A stretch of DNA of 64,000 nt from Gnetum montanum. Lineage: Eukaryota; Plantae; Gnetophyta. Location of the stretch: assembly GCA_015680685.1 (NCBI GenBank), contig MNCI01002736.1:86598-150597 (forward strand). Reading direction: 5' to 3'. Positions within the stretch are counted from its first letter, which is position 1, and the number at the start of each line of letters is the position of its first letter. The notes under the pieces were generated by a model. It was given only the letters and a program-made list of their open reading frames with translations, was not told the DNA's origin and made no database searches. Of the stretch, positions 1 to 11,900 are shown piece by piece. Made by a program: the position numbers and the translations under genes.

Positions 1-913
1 TGTAACTATTATAACTTGTACTTGTTTAACACAACCACATCATTCTTAACCCTCCAAGCCCATACTTGTTAAATTTCATGCTCTTTCTCCTCATGTAATT
101 AATTTGTTATGCAACATTGGTATAATACTCCTTTTCTTATGTCTTCCAAAGCTTTAAATGTCAACGACTCCATATTCTCATACTTCCATTGCCTACATAT
201 GATTTCCTACTTACCCTAGAACTATGGACCTAACCTAAAACCTTTCCACCAATCCCAAAGCTTCATTTTCCATGCTTAATACCCTCACTCAATGCAATTT
301 CATGGACCTTTATATCAACTACCCAATATCAAATTAGCCTTGACGTTGGATACCTGATATCGAGTCTCAAAAAACCTATATATATGGCCCCCATGATGCC
401 CAAAATCCATTCTCATCATTTTCAACTAGGGGAGTTTTTCAAATTTTCTTTCGCAACTTAGAGCTCTATGCAATCAACTTCCACTTACAATATCTTGCTC
501 AATACCACTCCAATTCTTAGTCATGGGGTGGGGGGCAGAGAGGGGGGGATGCTTGTGTGGAGAACTTGCACCAATTTTTCAAAATTTGCTATCACCCAGG
601 GGTATTACAAGGTTAAGAAGGTTAAAAACCTCAAGTATTATAATGAAAAACCAATTGTATTAATGCTAGAAACCTTAATCCTTTTGTCCAAGTAACCATA
701 ACCTTCATAATGCACCATACATAAGTAAAAAGAAACCCATCGTGAAGGGCCATAAACAAGATAAACACTTTTTGGGCATTTTTTTGAAAATTTTTCTAAC
801 TTTGCAATCATATGTACTAAAGAACTTAGTGGAACTAAGGTCATGATAAGGTGTAAGCCTATTAATAATAAATAGCAATGCTTTAGTAACATTTGATCCT
901 TAATTGATTGCAG

Positions 914-3566
914 ATGTTTCCAAAAAGAGGAGCTCAAGTAGGACCTTCGCAGGGAGTAGGCAAACACCCAATAGGTGGTATTGGCCAACAAGGTAAGTAA
1001 GTTGAGCATAAGGAACAAGAAGCCCAATCAAGAGGCTCCTATCACAAGATAGTTGGTCCAAGGAGAGGCTGTGGAGCCACAAGATCCCATGCAAGGACAA
1101 CACCTCATGTTGTTCCTAGAATGCCTTGAGGCCATTCAAGATAAATCCATGTTGACCATGGTCATCATGGAGATGAGCTTTAGCTTGTTTATGGCATTTG
1201 TTGCAGAGGCAATTTGAGTGGAACTTCAGGTGTCACCACTATGGCCCATCCTTTCAGACAATGGTGAATGGTACCTTGGTGAAACCTACCAATTCTAGCA
1301 CAACAAAGAGGAAGGTACCACTGTTAACATTTGCGGAGTCACTGTTCCACTCTTGGTCAAAGTAATCACCAAAGATCTTAATCTGCCAAATGAGGGGGCT
1401 AAGTTAGCCCATCTATCCACAAGGTCTGACCCTGACACTAAGAAGTTGTGGCTGAGGTAAGCATATGGTAAGGATGACAAAACATATAATGAATTGACTT
1501 TGGAAGAGGAGACCTATTTCAAGATAGGAACATATCACCTCTTTCCCACCAAATGGCTCAATAGAATCTCCACGTATGTGGCCAGGGGAAGTGTCATACT
1601 AATGGGTGAATACATGGTTAACCTTCCCTAGTTATATTACACAGAAATCTAGAGGTAGTTTGAAGAGAAGAAGGTAGGGAAGCCAATACTTCCATTCCCT
1701 TGCCTAATCCATAAGCTGTGTGAGCACGTTAGAATCCTAGGGTACACAAATGATGTTCCCAAGAGGGCTCAAAATGCTTCCTTCATGGAATTTCTTAAAC
1801 TAACAACATCAAGGAAAGAACTTGGTGAGGAACAAGAACTAAAGAAGGAAGCAAAATCAAAAAAAGAAGTAGAACAAGAGCTTGAACACTGTCGTGAGTC
1901 ACAAGATCTACTACCAATGCCACAAGACTACAGGCCTATAATGAGCCACTTGTAGAAAATTGTTGAAATGCTTAGCTAAGGGAGTAGAGAGGAGACAAGC
2001 CTCTTCAAATTCATCAATGATGCCATGCAGTCCACTATTTTGACTGATCCAACAAGAGGACAGATTTTGCTATAATCAAGAAGAGAATCCCAATGATCTA
2101 GATAAATCTCTGGTAATGCAGCATCATTCCAAGTGATGCTTGAAATAGGAGAAGGTGCCACAATAGTGGTCATGTAGCATTAGGATGCAGCAGGTGCAAT
2201 AGAAGTAATAACAAATCACATCAAGGAATCATTCAATGTGCCTATTGTATCCCTAGTAGATTTGACTAGGGCCAAAGATGTGCAAATGCTCGATGGGACT
2301 TTGATGACTCCTACAACACATGAGGATGTATTAGATCAATTACTATAGATAAGAAAAGTAATGACCAACTTGTTTGACATCCCTAGTGATGTCACTACAG
2401 TACAATCAAACCTCATTACTACCAAGGGGAAGCTGGTCATGGCTAAGACCATGGTAGACCATGTGAAAGCAGAAGTGCAATGTTTGTAACAGAAACTAGT
2501 CATCCTAAGAGTTGAAAGATGGGATCTTGCCTAGTTTGTTATGCCTAATCAACTAGATCAATTTAAAATAGAGTAGCTAAATAAATTTCTCAAAGAGAAC
2601 AAAGATATAGAGTAAGAAAAGAAGAAGGTAGTCTAGAATGCCTCTGCTATAGAAGCACAATCCTATGCTTATAAAAAGGCCCTAACTACAGCCCAAGAAG
2701 AATATAAGCAACTTGATGTTAAAAACTCAAGGTTGACCACCATAGAAAAATAAAAGAATATTCTGGAAGAAAGTGTTCATTGGTTGAGAGAACAATTGAT
2801 GAGGGTCAACTAAGATATCAATAGATTAGCTAGAGAAAATGGAACCCTCTTAATGGAGGAGGTCTGCACCATTTGACAAAAGTCTACAATCAACATAAGC
2901 GAGTGGTAGAATGAGGCCATAAAGCATGAGAAGTTGAAGAAACACTTCCGAGACCAAGTAGGCATGTATAAGCAAATCAATGAAAAGGATAGTTATGCCT
3001 TAGTCCAATAAGCAGAAGTGAAGAATAAAGACTTGCAGATCGAGGATTTAAAGGAATACATGACATTGGCTAACCTTAGATATGCCAACCTTGTCATGTT
3101 AACAACAAGTCAACCAAGAAATGAATTAGAGTAGCAAGTAGTAACCACCTACACATTATAAGAGAAAGAGTTTGCAGAAAGAAAAGCTACTTTACAGAAA
3201 CTCTATGTAGCAAAATTAAAACTTGAGGTGATCAAAGCTTGCTCCCACAAACAGAAGGATGTTGCCTCAGACCTGGCATGAAGATTAATAGATCATCATG
3301 AGTTAAAAGCAAAGGCTAGGGCCTTTGAGGAGGAACGATGGCAGTTTGTAGCCTGGTACATGAAGGCTAACAAAATGTTCCCGCAACCACCATGCCCTTG
3401 GGATGTAATGATGCTAGCAAACATAAGCTCAGCAGCCTAGACAGTACACGATCCAAGGATGAAAGAAGAAAAGTTGCAGGCACTACTCAACCGCTACAAA
3501 TTTCAAAAGCCTAGCAATAAAGAAAAGCAACCAATGAAGGAGCCATCGCCTTCAAGAACTACATGA
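914..3566 (+). pseudogene. Disrupted ORF2 of element A: env-like (putative plant transposon protein-like) N-terminal domain plus long coiled-coil region, ~880 codons
   Basis: Starts ttgcag|ATG TTT CCA AAA AGA; reads ...GEWYLGETYQF*HNKEEGTTVNICGVTV...LNLPNEGAKLAHLS...LPFPCLIHKLC...; K/E/Q-rich C-terminal half; ends ...PSPSRTT-TGA. Many TAG/TAA stops and frameshifts; homologous to 33725-36462. Confidence 0.8.
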
Positions 3567-3754
3567 GCTTCCTAATTTTGTCTTATAATGTTGTGTCCAA
3601 ATTTTTGTAAAACACCACTATGGCATGTAAGAGTCGATTTTTTTATTTGTTTATTTGAGTCAGCCAATAATTCCATACCTTCCCAAAATTTTGTAAAAAA
3701 CTTGTTCCTCATTTTTTTTAACTAAAGGATGAGCTTCATTTAGTCGTGGGGGTA

Positions 3755-4617
3755 TGATGAGTCATGATTTTATCAACTCTGATTTCAGATATCTAATATT
3801 GGAGCCTTAATATTGAATGCCCAATACTAGGTCCTAAGAAACAATGTTGAATATCTAATATCATCTCTTCCATGCTAGCCTATAAATACAACACTTGGGT
3901 GCATGGTCAAGATATAGTTTAATTTCAGATTTTAGTTAGCCTTTTCATAGATTGTTGATTTCTAGTTTTGTTATTTCCGAGTGCATGCCCACAGTGTGAT
4001 GTTTGTAATTATACGACATCCTTATTCAAGTTTGATGTACTTGGACATGTTACATGACTAGAAATAAGATCAAGATTACCTCCATCATTGTAGCATCCGC
4101 TTAGATTCATTAGTGCTTTTAATAGTTTAATTATTTACTATTTTCCTTAGTTAATGTTTCTAGTTATTGCTCTTTACAATTCCTATCATTAAGCAGAATG
4201 AGTAGAACGAATCGCGAGTGCTTAAGTGTGATTACTTGGTGACCCAGTAGTGTATTGTTTGGTGAGCCTAGTGATGTATGCTTGGTAATCCCAGCAGTAG
4301 TCTCATAAAGCCCAAGGCATGTGTGGATGATTAAGATACTCATCACACATAAGCTAGTTTAGACATTACTTTCCATTGTTACTTAGCTTAATTAATTGAT
4401 TTCTTCATTATCATTAGGGCTAGACAACATCAATCATATGCCTCACTTTGGACTAAACCATATGTGACAAAGCCACCACTAGTCCAAGTGGGAAGACAAT
4501 GAACTGTAATCAAAGCACAACAATTTAGATGCACAACTAGTCCCATCCACAAAATTCGACCGGATCATGCTTGAATGCTTGTGATTCGTATGGTTGGGGA
4601 TACCTCGTTGCTCATCA
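3755..4617 (+). repeat. 3' LTR of element A (863 bp)
   Basis: TGATGAG...CTCATCA 7-bp inverted termini, preceded by PPT; CCTATAAATA TATA box ~3880; homologous to LTRs of B. Confidence 0.9.
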
Positions 4618-5849
4618 GAGAGGAAGATACAAATATATGTTAGCACATATTTTTTATCACAATTGACTTTACATTAAGACATTTTGATATTATCTACAAC
4701 TCTCTCATCAAGAAAGGATTTAATCTTTAAGTAGATAGTAATCTTTTTATAAAAGGAAAAATTTCCTTGTATGGTATTTGCTTGGACTAATCAATACTTC
4801 TTATAGCAAAGTATTCACAAAAGCTTGTCTTCTCTAGTTTCCTTATTTTCATTTGATAATCATTATTATCATTGACATTTGTTTGATTTTTTCTTTGGAT
4901 GACTTAAAGAATCCTTAGAGCTTAAGTCTTTGTTCATGTACTTTTTCAAATGTGGGGAACAAAGTGAATATTGATAGTAATAAATAACTTAAAGCCCATT
5001 TGACAGTTATAAATAAGAAGGTTCAATGACTAGGATAACCAATCATAAAGCACAAGTGTTAAACTCAACTTGACATTCAATCAAGGTTTAGAGATGCTCA
5101 TGCAACCAAAGTTAAGGGAAAAAATGTTTGCTCTCTTTCATGCAAATGGTACCAACCTTTCTATCTAAAACAAAGTCTCACTTAAAATGTGAACCCATCA
5201 TTTATACATTATAGTGATACAAGTGTGTAGACATTAGAGGCATTCATTCCTTCTCTCTAGAACCTTGGGGAATTTTCTTTCCTTTAGAGAATCATGAGAC
5301 ATTCCCTTACCTTTAATGAACCTTGGGGTATTTCCTCCCTCTTTTTTTGACTTTTGACTAATGTGTCAATCCATCAAGGAAGTGGCAACACCAGGCCAAC
5401 CACATCTTGCTCTCCTTGGCATAATCTACCTACATTGAAGGTTAGATCATTCATCTCTTTCTAAGATGCTTAAAGCATTAGGAGCTTATTCCATGGCCTT
5501 GAAAATTTCCATTCTTACTTCTTGATCATCTCCATTGAAAATCATCAATGAGGCATTAGGTTCATGATCAATTATATTTACTTACAATTCTCATCTCAAC
5601 CTTTTTCACCATTTGCATTCAAAAGACTATGAGGGCATCCCATAGCAAAGTGATTCCCAATATAAACACGACATTTAATCCTTGCATGTCTTCAAGGATT
5701 TTGAGCAAAACCTCCAAAATGAGTTTATTTACCTCAAAGATAATTTTGTACTTGATGAGCTTATCATTTCCCATACACCAAGTAAGAGAACTAATTACCT
5801 AATGTAGGAGTAGCATCTAGGCTCTTGAAGCCACCATAATTATTCTGTC

Positions 5850-7530
5850 CATCTCCTTTCTAAGGCTCATTACTCTCTTTTGTTCTCTTATGTGGCTATT
5901 CCACCTCACCCTTATCTTTCTTTCCTACCTTGTAATCCACCAACTACTCGCAATCTAAATCACCCTCCTATATCTTATGATCTTTCAAGTTTTGAGCTCA
6001 TGTTAAATCCAAGGTTTAAGAGCATTGATAAAAAAATTTATATTTGCTAACCTCATCAATATATGGGATTTGTATGATAGATTTTGATATTCTTAAATAT
6101 ATTCCTCTAGCTCCCCAATGTGTTGGATCTCTTTTAACTTTGCCCAAGCTTTGTTAATGAAAATCCCTAGATGGAAGTTTTCAATCAATGCCTCCTTGAA
6201 TTAGACCCATGTTTTTATGGGTTTACCTATCTCAACTCTTTCTTCTTGAAGTATGCCAAGCCACTAAGTTTCTACAATTCCATCCAAGAATTAGGTAGCA
6301 ACATAGGCTTGTTTTTCCTTTGCATACTTGCACATGTCCAAGAAATCTTCCATCTTAAAGAGAAAAGCATCAATAATTGCATTGTCTCTATCACCCTCAT
6401 AAATTTTTGGCTCCTTTGCTTGAAACTTGGGAATTGACTAGCTCGATTCTAATGCCAACATCTTTGCTTGCATAGCTAATTAGTTTTTCAAGTTTTCAAT
6501 CTTATTTTGCTAGTTCTTGATCAGTGCTCATTAGGTATCTACCAATGCTCTTAACTGTTGTGCTAGAGCTCCTAAATAACCAGTTGGAGATTATCAATAA
6601 CATCCCCAAAATGCTCCATTTAGTTCCTTAGCATGAAGTTTTGGGTGAAAGAAAGTTTGTGTTTGGTACCAAAGCTCAACTCCAATAAGAAAGAAATTGG
6701 CATGGGATCAACCAATTCTTGAATCATTTAAGCCTTTTTGTCCATTGGTGGACAACATGAATAATAATGTTGTCTACTTATAATAAATATCCCCACAAGT
6801 CTTGCATCTTTTCATTTGACTCCTCTATTTGTTCTCTTAGCTTCTCATCTTATATTAGCTCCTCTTCCATGATTGGATCCTCAATAGGACAAGACTAGGA
6901 TCAGCTTTCTTTCCATGACCCATACTATTTGACATACATAGTAGCTTGTCAGAGGTGTTTGAATACATCTTCTGCTCGAACCAAAACCTAGCTTTGATAC
7001 CAGGTGTAATGAGACTACCTTGAAAAAGCACTGCTCAGCACTGTCCTTGAGTCCAAAAGTAGCTAAGTATTCAAAGTAGACTCAAAATAGACTAAGCTTC
7101 AATGATCACAGTACTTGTGAGCACACATAAGTATACAACACCCATTAGTCCAATGGTTAGGAGAGTAACAAATATGCCTTTAGTAGTCATACAAGCAACA
7201 TGACTAACAAGACACACATACTTGTACGACCATAGAAAGAGCACTAGCATACACACACAACACCATTCCTTTAAGAGAGCTAAGATGTGTTCTTGCCTTA
7301 ACATATCTAGCCCTAAGCCATGCTCTAGAGAGAAGGGTGGTGGCTTAAGCTAGAAAGGCAAAGCATCTTCAATAAGCTTACATATCCTTCTAACACAATA
7401 TGCAAGGAATCAAAGCCATGTAGTTCTTTAGTGTGATGGTTAAGATAGCATGGAACTTGTAAGGATCTCCACACTCATTTCAACCCCTATTATTGAAAGG
7501 AAAGCAACCTTTGGATCACCAACAAGGCAT
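5850..7530 (-). mobile_element. Degenerate Ty3/gypsy (Galadriel-like chromovirus) remnant: partial 5' LTR (7005-~7530), tRNA-iMet PBS and gag fragments
   Basis: GCTTTGATACCA at 6991-7002 is the reverse complement of PBS TGGTATCAAAGC, next to an LTR end (TGTAAT at 7005). Minus-strand translation gives EPKIYEGDRDNAIIDAFLFKMEDFLD (~6410-6335), FINALKPWI*HEL (~6035-5995) and LVDYK, which resemble Galadriel gag motifs from memory. Left boundary uncertain. Confidence 0.6.
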
Positions 7531-7544
7531 ACTTTCTATAATTT

Positions 7545-7645
7545 ATCCCCAAGACATATAGTCTAATTAGAACTTCATTGCTCAGAATTACCTACCAGAA
7601 TTGAACCCATAACTTGAAGTCTCCAAACCAAGAAACTAAAACTTT
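7545..7645 (-). mobile_element. tRNA-derived SINE fragment (tail type 2)
   Basis: Reverse-complement B box GGGTTCAATTC (plus GAATTGAACCC ~7598-7608); aligns with the copy at 59540-59661 including the tail ATATAGTC(T/C)AATTAGAA. Confidence 0.55.
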
Positions 7646-8943
7646 AACTACATACATCCCAAGACATATAGCCAACAAGATACTTTGGTAAAACATAGAT
7701 TAAAACCTAAAAGTACCTCGAGTACAACTTAAATTTGTAATTTAATATAATTTCAAATGTAATAAACAAGGTATATTGACAAGTTTATATATAATTAAAT
7801 TTTAGTTCTAAATTCCTTATGTTTCTCATATTCTTTAAAGAGTTAGTTATAAAAGTTATTAAAACGAACATTACTAGAAGACATTCAACCACAACAAAAA
7901 ACATAGTAACAACATAAAATGTCTAACAATAAAGCCTTGCTTTGTTAACATAACATTGTTATGGTTATCACAAAAGCATAAGAATGTGTTATGCACAATT
8001 ACATGCAAGATAAAGATAATAAACTTATTAATTTAACTATAATATCATTGACCAAACAAGGTGAAGAAAAAAAACAAGATTGATGGATACTTCAATTACA
8101 TAACAAACAACATGCACATCCTGATTGTCCGTTCAAAAATAAGAGACCTTGTCAATGAAAACAACCGAGGATGAGAAAGGTTTCATCCTCTCCCACTGAT
8201 TTACCATGCCAGCCAAGAGTCCTAGAGATCGAACGTAAGAAAAGAAACGTCACAAGTCATGCTGGTATATGGTCTCCGGTTGCTGTACCCAAAAGTTGGA
8301 CCAGGCAATCTTAGATACGGTGGGAGTTGGAGCTGATATGCATTGCGTGAGGCTAAATAAAGTCACGAAGGGTTTTTCTGAATTCCACCCAAAAATGGAT
8401 CCGGGTCACAGCTGCCAAACGCAACAACAAACAAACGCTTGTCTACAAAAATCTTTGTATTTGTAAAGTTTCCGTGCTGTAACGTGAAGCCACCCACGTA
8501 TGATGCAAATGCGTGCATCAATTCCTCCTAAATTTTATTTCAGACCAAGAGGAGGAGGAGGAGGTTTTTCTAGGTCGTTACAGGCACGTAGCATCCAAAG
8601 ATTTGAATTCTTTTCTCCGCAGGGACAATAATCCCTCGTCTCCTACAAATAATCAAATCCAATCGGGGCTACTTGTGGTAGCGATATATATTGTTTTTTC
8701 CAACATTAATTGGGGTCCTTCTTACCTGTAGCTCCTCCCTCCTACCAGACATTTTGCTGTTCCTGTTGCCGTTTCCTATACTCCGCTTGTGCATTAGCTC
8801 TGTTTCTATTTACTTGTTGGGTTGGTTGGTTGGTTGGTTTTTGATTGCAAGATCGGTGGAGAGAGATCCAGTGGTGTTGGGTGGACCTTAATTCTGCCCG
8901 TTATTGCATAGAATTTTGATGCAGATGTTATTTTAGCATTCAA

Positions 8944-11900
8944 ATGGCCGACAGCATGGATCTGGGTGAGAAGATCAAGAGCTTGTTGGAGCAGGCTAAA
9001 TCCCTGCAGGAGAGTGCTTCTGGGTTCAGTTCCAGAATTAAGGTGGAAGAGGAAGCTATCAGAAAGAGAGCATCCGCGGTAGAATCTGAGCTTAAGAGGC
9101 TTAAATCCGCTCTTGAGAAAGAAACCATCGATCACCACGAGGCAGAAAAGGTAAAGATAACACAGAGTCCCTTCTTGTTCTTCCCGTCCAAATGTTCAGT
9201 AGCATGTCATACTCAATGAAAAACAGTTTTAAGATAATTGCTTTAAATCCACGCAACCTTTAGTGTTTCCTTTCATATCTGTTTTTCTCGATCAATTGTC
9301 GCGGAGGATTAAAAAAGGCACACACATAGAAGGAAATACTTAAAAGGGAACATGGGTACGAAAAATTTAAAATTATGTGGCGCAACTGTTCTCGATATAA
9401 TGATATATTCTGTAGTAGTTTCTTATGGTGAAATGACTTGTACTGAATGTTTATGATCATGGGTGGAGTAGTTTCTTCTGAATATTATAATTGACAGGTT
9501 TGTTATGTTGGGTTCCATTACCATGGGATTGTCTACAAGATCATATAGTCTCTCATTTTGGTTATCTAATACAAATATAAGTTGCATAGTGTATTCTACT
9601 CAAAACTCAGTACGTTTAATTGATTAAAATTTTATTTTTCTTCATTTATTCTTTTTTAATGAGTAGGAAATCCTGTTTTAAAAATATGGACCAAAGTTCT
9701 TAAACTCACCGTGACTCTCATCACATTAAGTAATCTTTTTACATGTACAAGGAATTTGACATTCCACAGCATTCTAGTTTGCAGGGTTAGTTTACATTCA
9801 GTGCTAAATTCCTTGGTTCTTTGGATTAAATTGAACATCTGGAAAATGCTTATGATTATGGATAAAGTTATTTTTAGTGACTTCGCTAATATTTGTATTG
9901 TTCGTATCTGAAGACTAATGCTACTTATTGTCCAAGAGAACCATGGGCACTTCTTGCCTCATAGCGTGGAAGAGGACTTATGTAGAATTGTATGTATGTT
10001 GAGTAGCCTTGGTTTTTGTGATATGTATTATTAGTTTTACTGTTGTTAATGTAGATAACTTTACATGTTTATAATGGCAACTGCAACTGCAGAGCTAGTG
10101 ATGCTGGGTACTATCATTCTAACCTTATTTAGAAAATTAAAGTTCATGCATATTTTTTCTGTCTAAATTGTAAGTAGTAATGTTGTTTCAAACTGTATTA
10201 GAGGTGCTTAAAACAGAAGTAAAGAATTTTTTGTTTATGCCATTCTATTTGTCAATATGAGTTATTTATTGTTTATTGGTCTTTAGATGGAATAGGAGGA
10301 CTTATGCATAACTGAATTTTCTGTAGGTAAATATTCGTTTAACGTTTTTCTTGTTTGTTTTTGGTTTACGATTCTAATTGTTTATTTTATTGCTAGTTTA
10401 GTGCAAATTGTCATTTCACTACGCTGTTTGGAAAAATGGAGTTTGTATGTTGGCCTCTGCGTTTGTGATGTGTTTGTTGTCCTCATTGTTGCATTCTATC
10501 TATTTTGTTTATTTTTAGGAAAAAAAATTGATAAGACAAACAGAAACTACTGGTTATTGCTGGTCCACAGAGTCTCACTTTTATTGGTGGGCAAAAAGTG
10601 TTATGTGGTGCACAGATTTGAGCCTGACAACTGTCAGTGCTCATTACACTGTTGAACCGTGAGCTCTTGCTTTTCTGTTTATGTGATATTTACCATATAT
10701 TCTTGGATCTCATTGTTGCATTCTGTGTATCTTGTTTATTTTTAGGGAAAAAGTAATAAGACAAACAGAAACTACTGGTTATTGCTGGTCCACAGAGTTT
10801 CACTTTCATTGGTGGGCACAAATTATCATGTGGTGCACAGATTTGAGCATGATGTCTGTCAGTGCTCGTTACACTGTTGAACAGTGAGCTCATGCTTTTC
10901 TGTTTTTGTGATATTTACCATATATTTTTGGGTCTTATTGCTTTTACAATAAATGTAATTTTGAGAGTATGTCATTTTTAGGTCCACCTATTTTTGCTAT
11001 GTGCAAAGGTGGCAGTTAGGAGATTGAACTCACTACTTAGCAATGGTTCGGTTGTGTAAATCAATTTAAACTAAATTTTTATTTTAATTCTTTTTTGTTT
11101 TAGTTTTCTGGCTGCTGTCTTGGTCTATCAGGGGAGGAAATAGATGTTCTACGTTTTTGTAGAAATGGTTTTTTCTTTGTTTTTGAAGAGTAAAGCTGGA
11201 TGGAAGCAGTTTGCCCAAAATTTACTTGTTTGACTGTTGAGCTTTTTAACATGGATGTGCATTGAACATAAAATAAAATGTGAAATAATTAAAACATAGT
11301 CATGTTATGAGCATGCATATCTGTTTTTAGGGTGTTGGTGAAAACTGATTGCAGATCAAGCATCATAAAAAAGTCATACTATGGCATGTTATGCAAGTTC
11401 ATTGTTTAGATATCCCTAGGGCTTTTGCTGGCTCCTGGGTAAGGCATGTTGAAGTTGGGTTTTATAAGTTACGATTGTGTTTTCTTGAAACAAGAAGAGT
11501 AGTTGATGGATTATAGGGTTTATCTTTTTACATTATGCAAGTTCTAATAAAGTAAAAACAAGGACTTGTAGAAAATTTGACTACGGCTGGCATTTGAAAG
11601 TAACTTTATTGTTTCTGACATTTAATAAATATTAATATTATTGCCTCCATATCTTTCTTAAAGTTTTTAGAATATTCTTAACCTTAGTAAGGCATTTGAT
11701 CAAAAGTCGTTTTGCTTTCTCAGTTGGAAGAAGAGTTATGCAAGGCTCGAGTAATCCTTACTGAAGGAGATGTTGCAGATCTACTTCCAAGCAAGGACCA
11801 TGGTATTACATGATCTTATAGAATCCAGGAGCAATTAGCTTTTCTTCCCTGAATACACATATTGACTTTTTATAATTAATGGTGTAGGGTCATTTCTCAA

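Larger units (their letters stand above)
1..4617 (+). mobile_element. Element A: 3' half of an Athila-like (Ty3/gypsy, OTA) LTR retrotransposon, 5' part outside window
   Basis: Colinear with element B from ~32670 to 37537 (non-coding leader, ORF2, PPT TAGTCGTGGGGGTA at 3741-3754, LTR). Ends in CTCATCA at 4617. Confidence 0.9.

Noticed and set aside
1296-2909. In-frame stops at the same codons in ORF2 of A and B (e.g. 1296/34121, 2634/35462, 2811/35639, 2907/35735), suggesting programmed read-through or editing
   Set aside because: They are TAG/TAA at probable CAG/CAA (or TGG) codons, one pair differs (TAA vs TAG), and each copy has many private stops of the same kind. Recurrent methyl-C deamination explains them.
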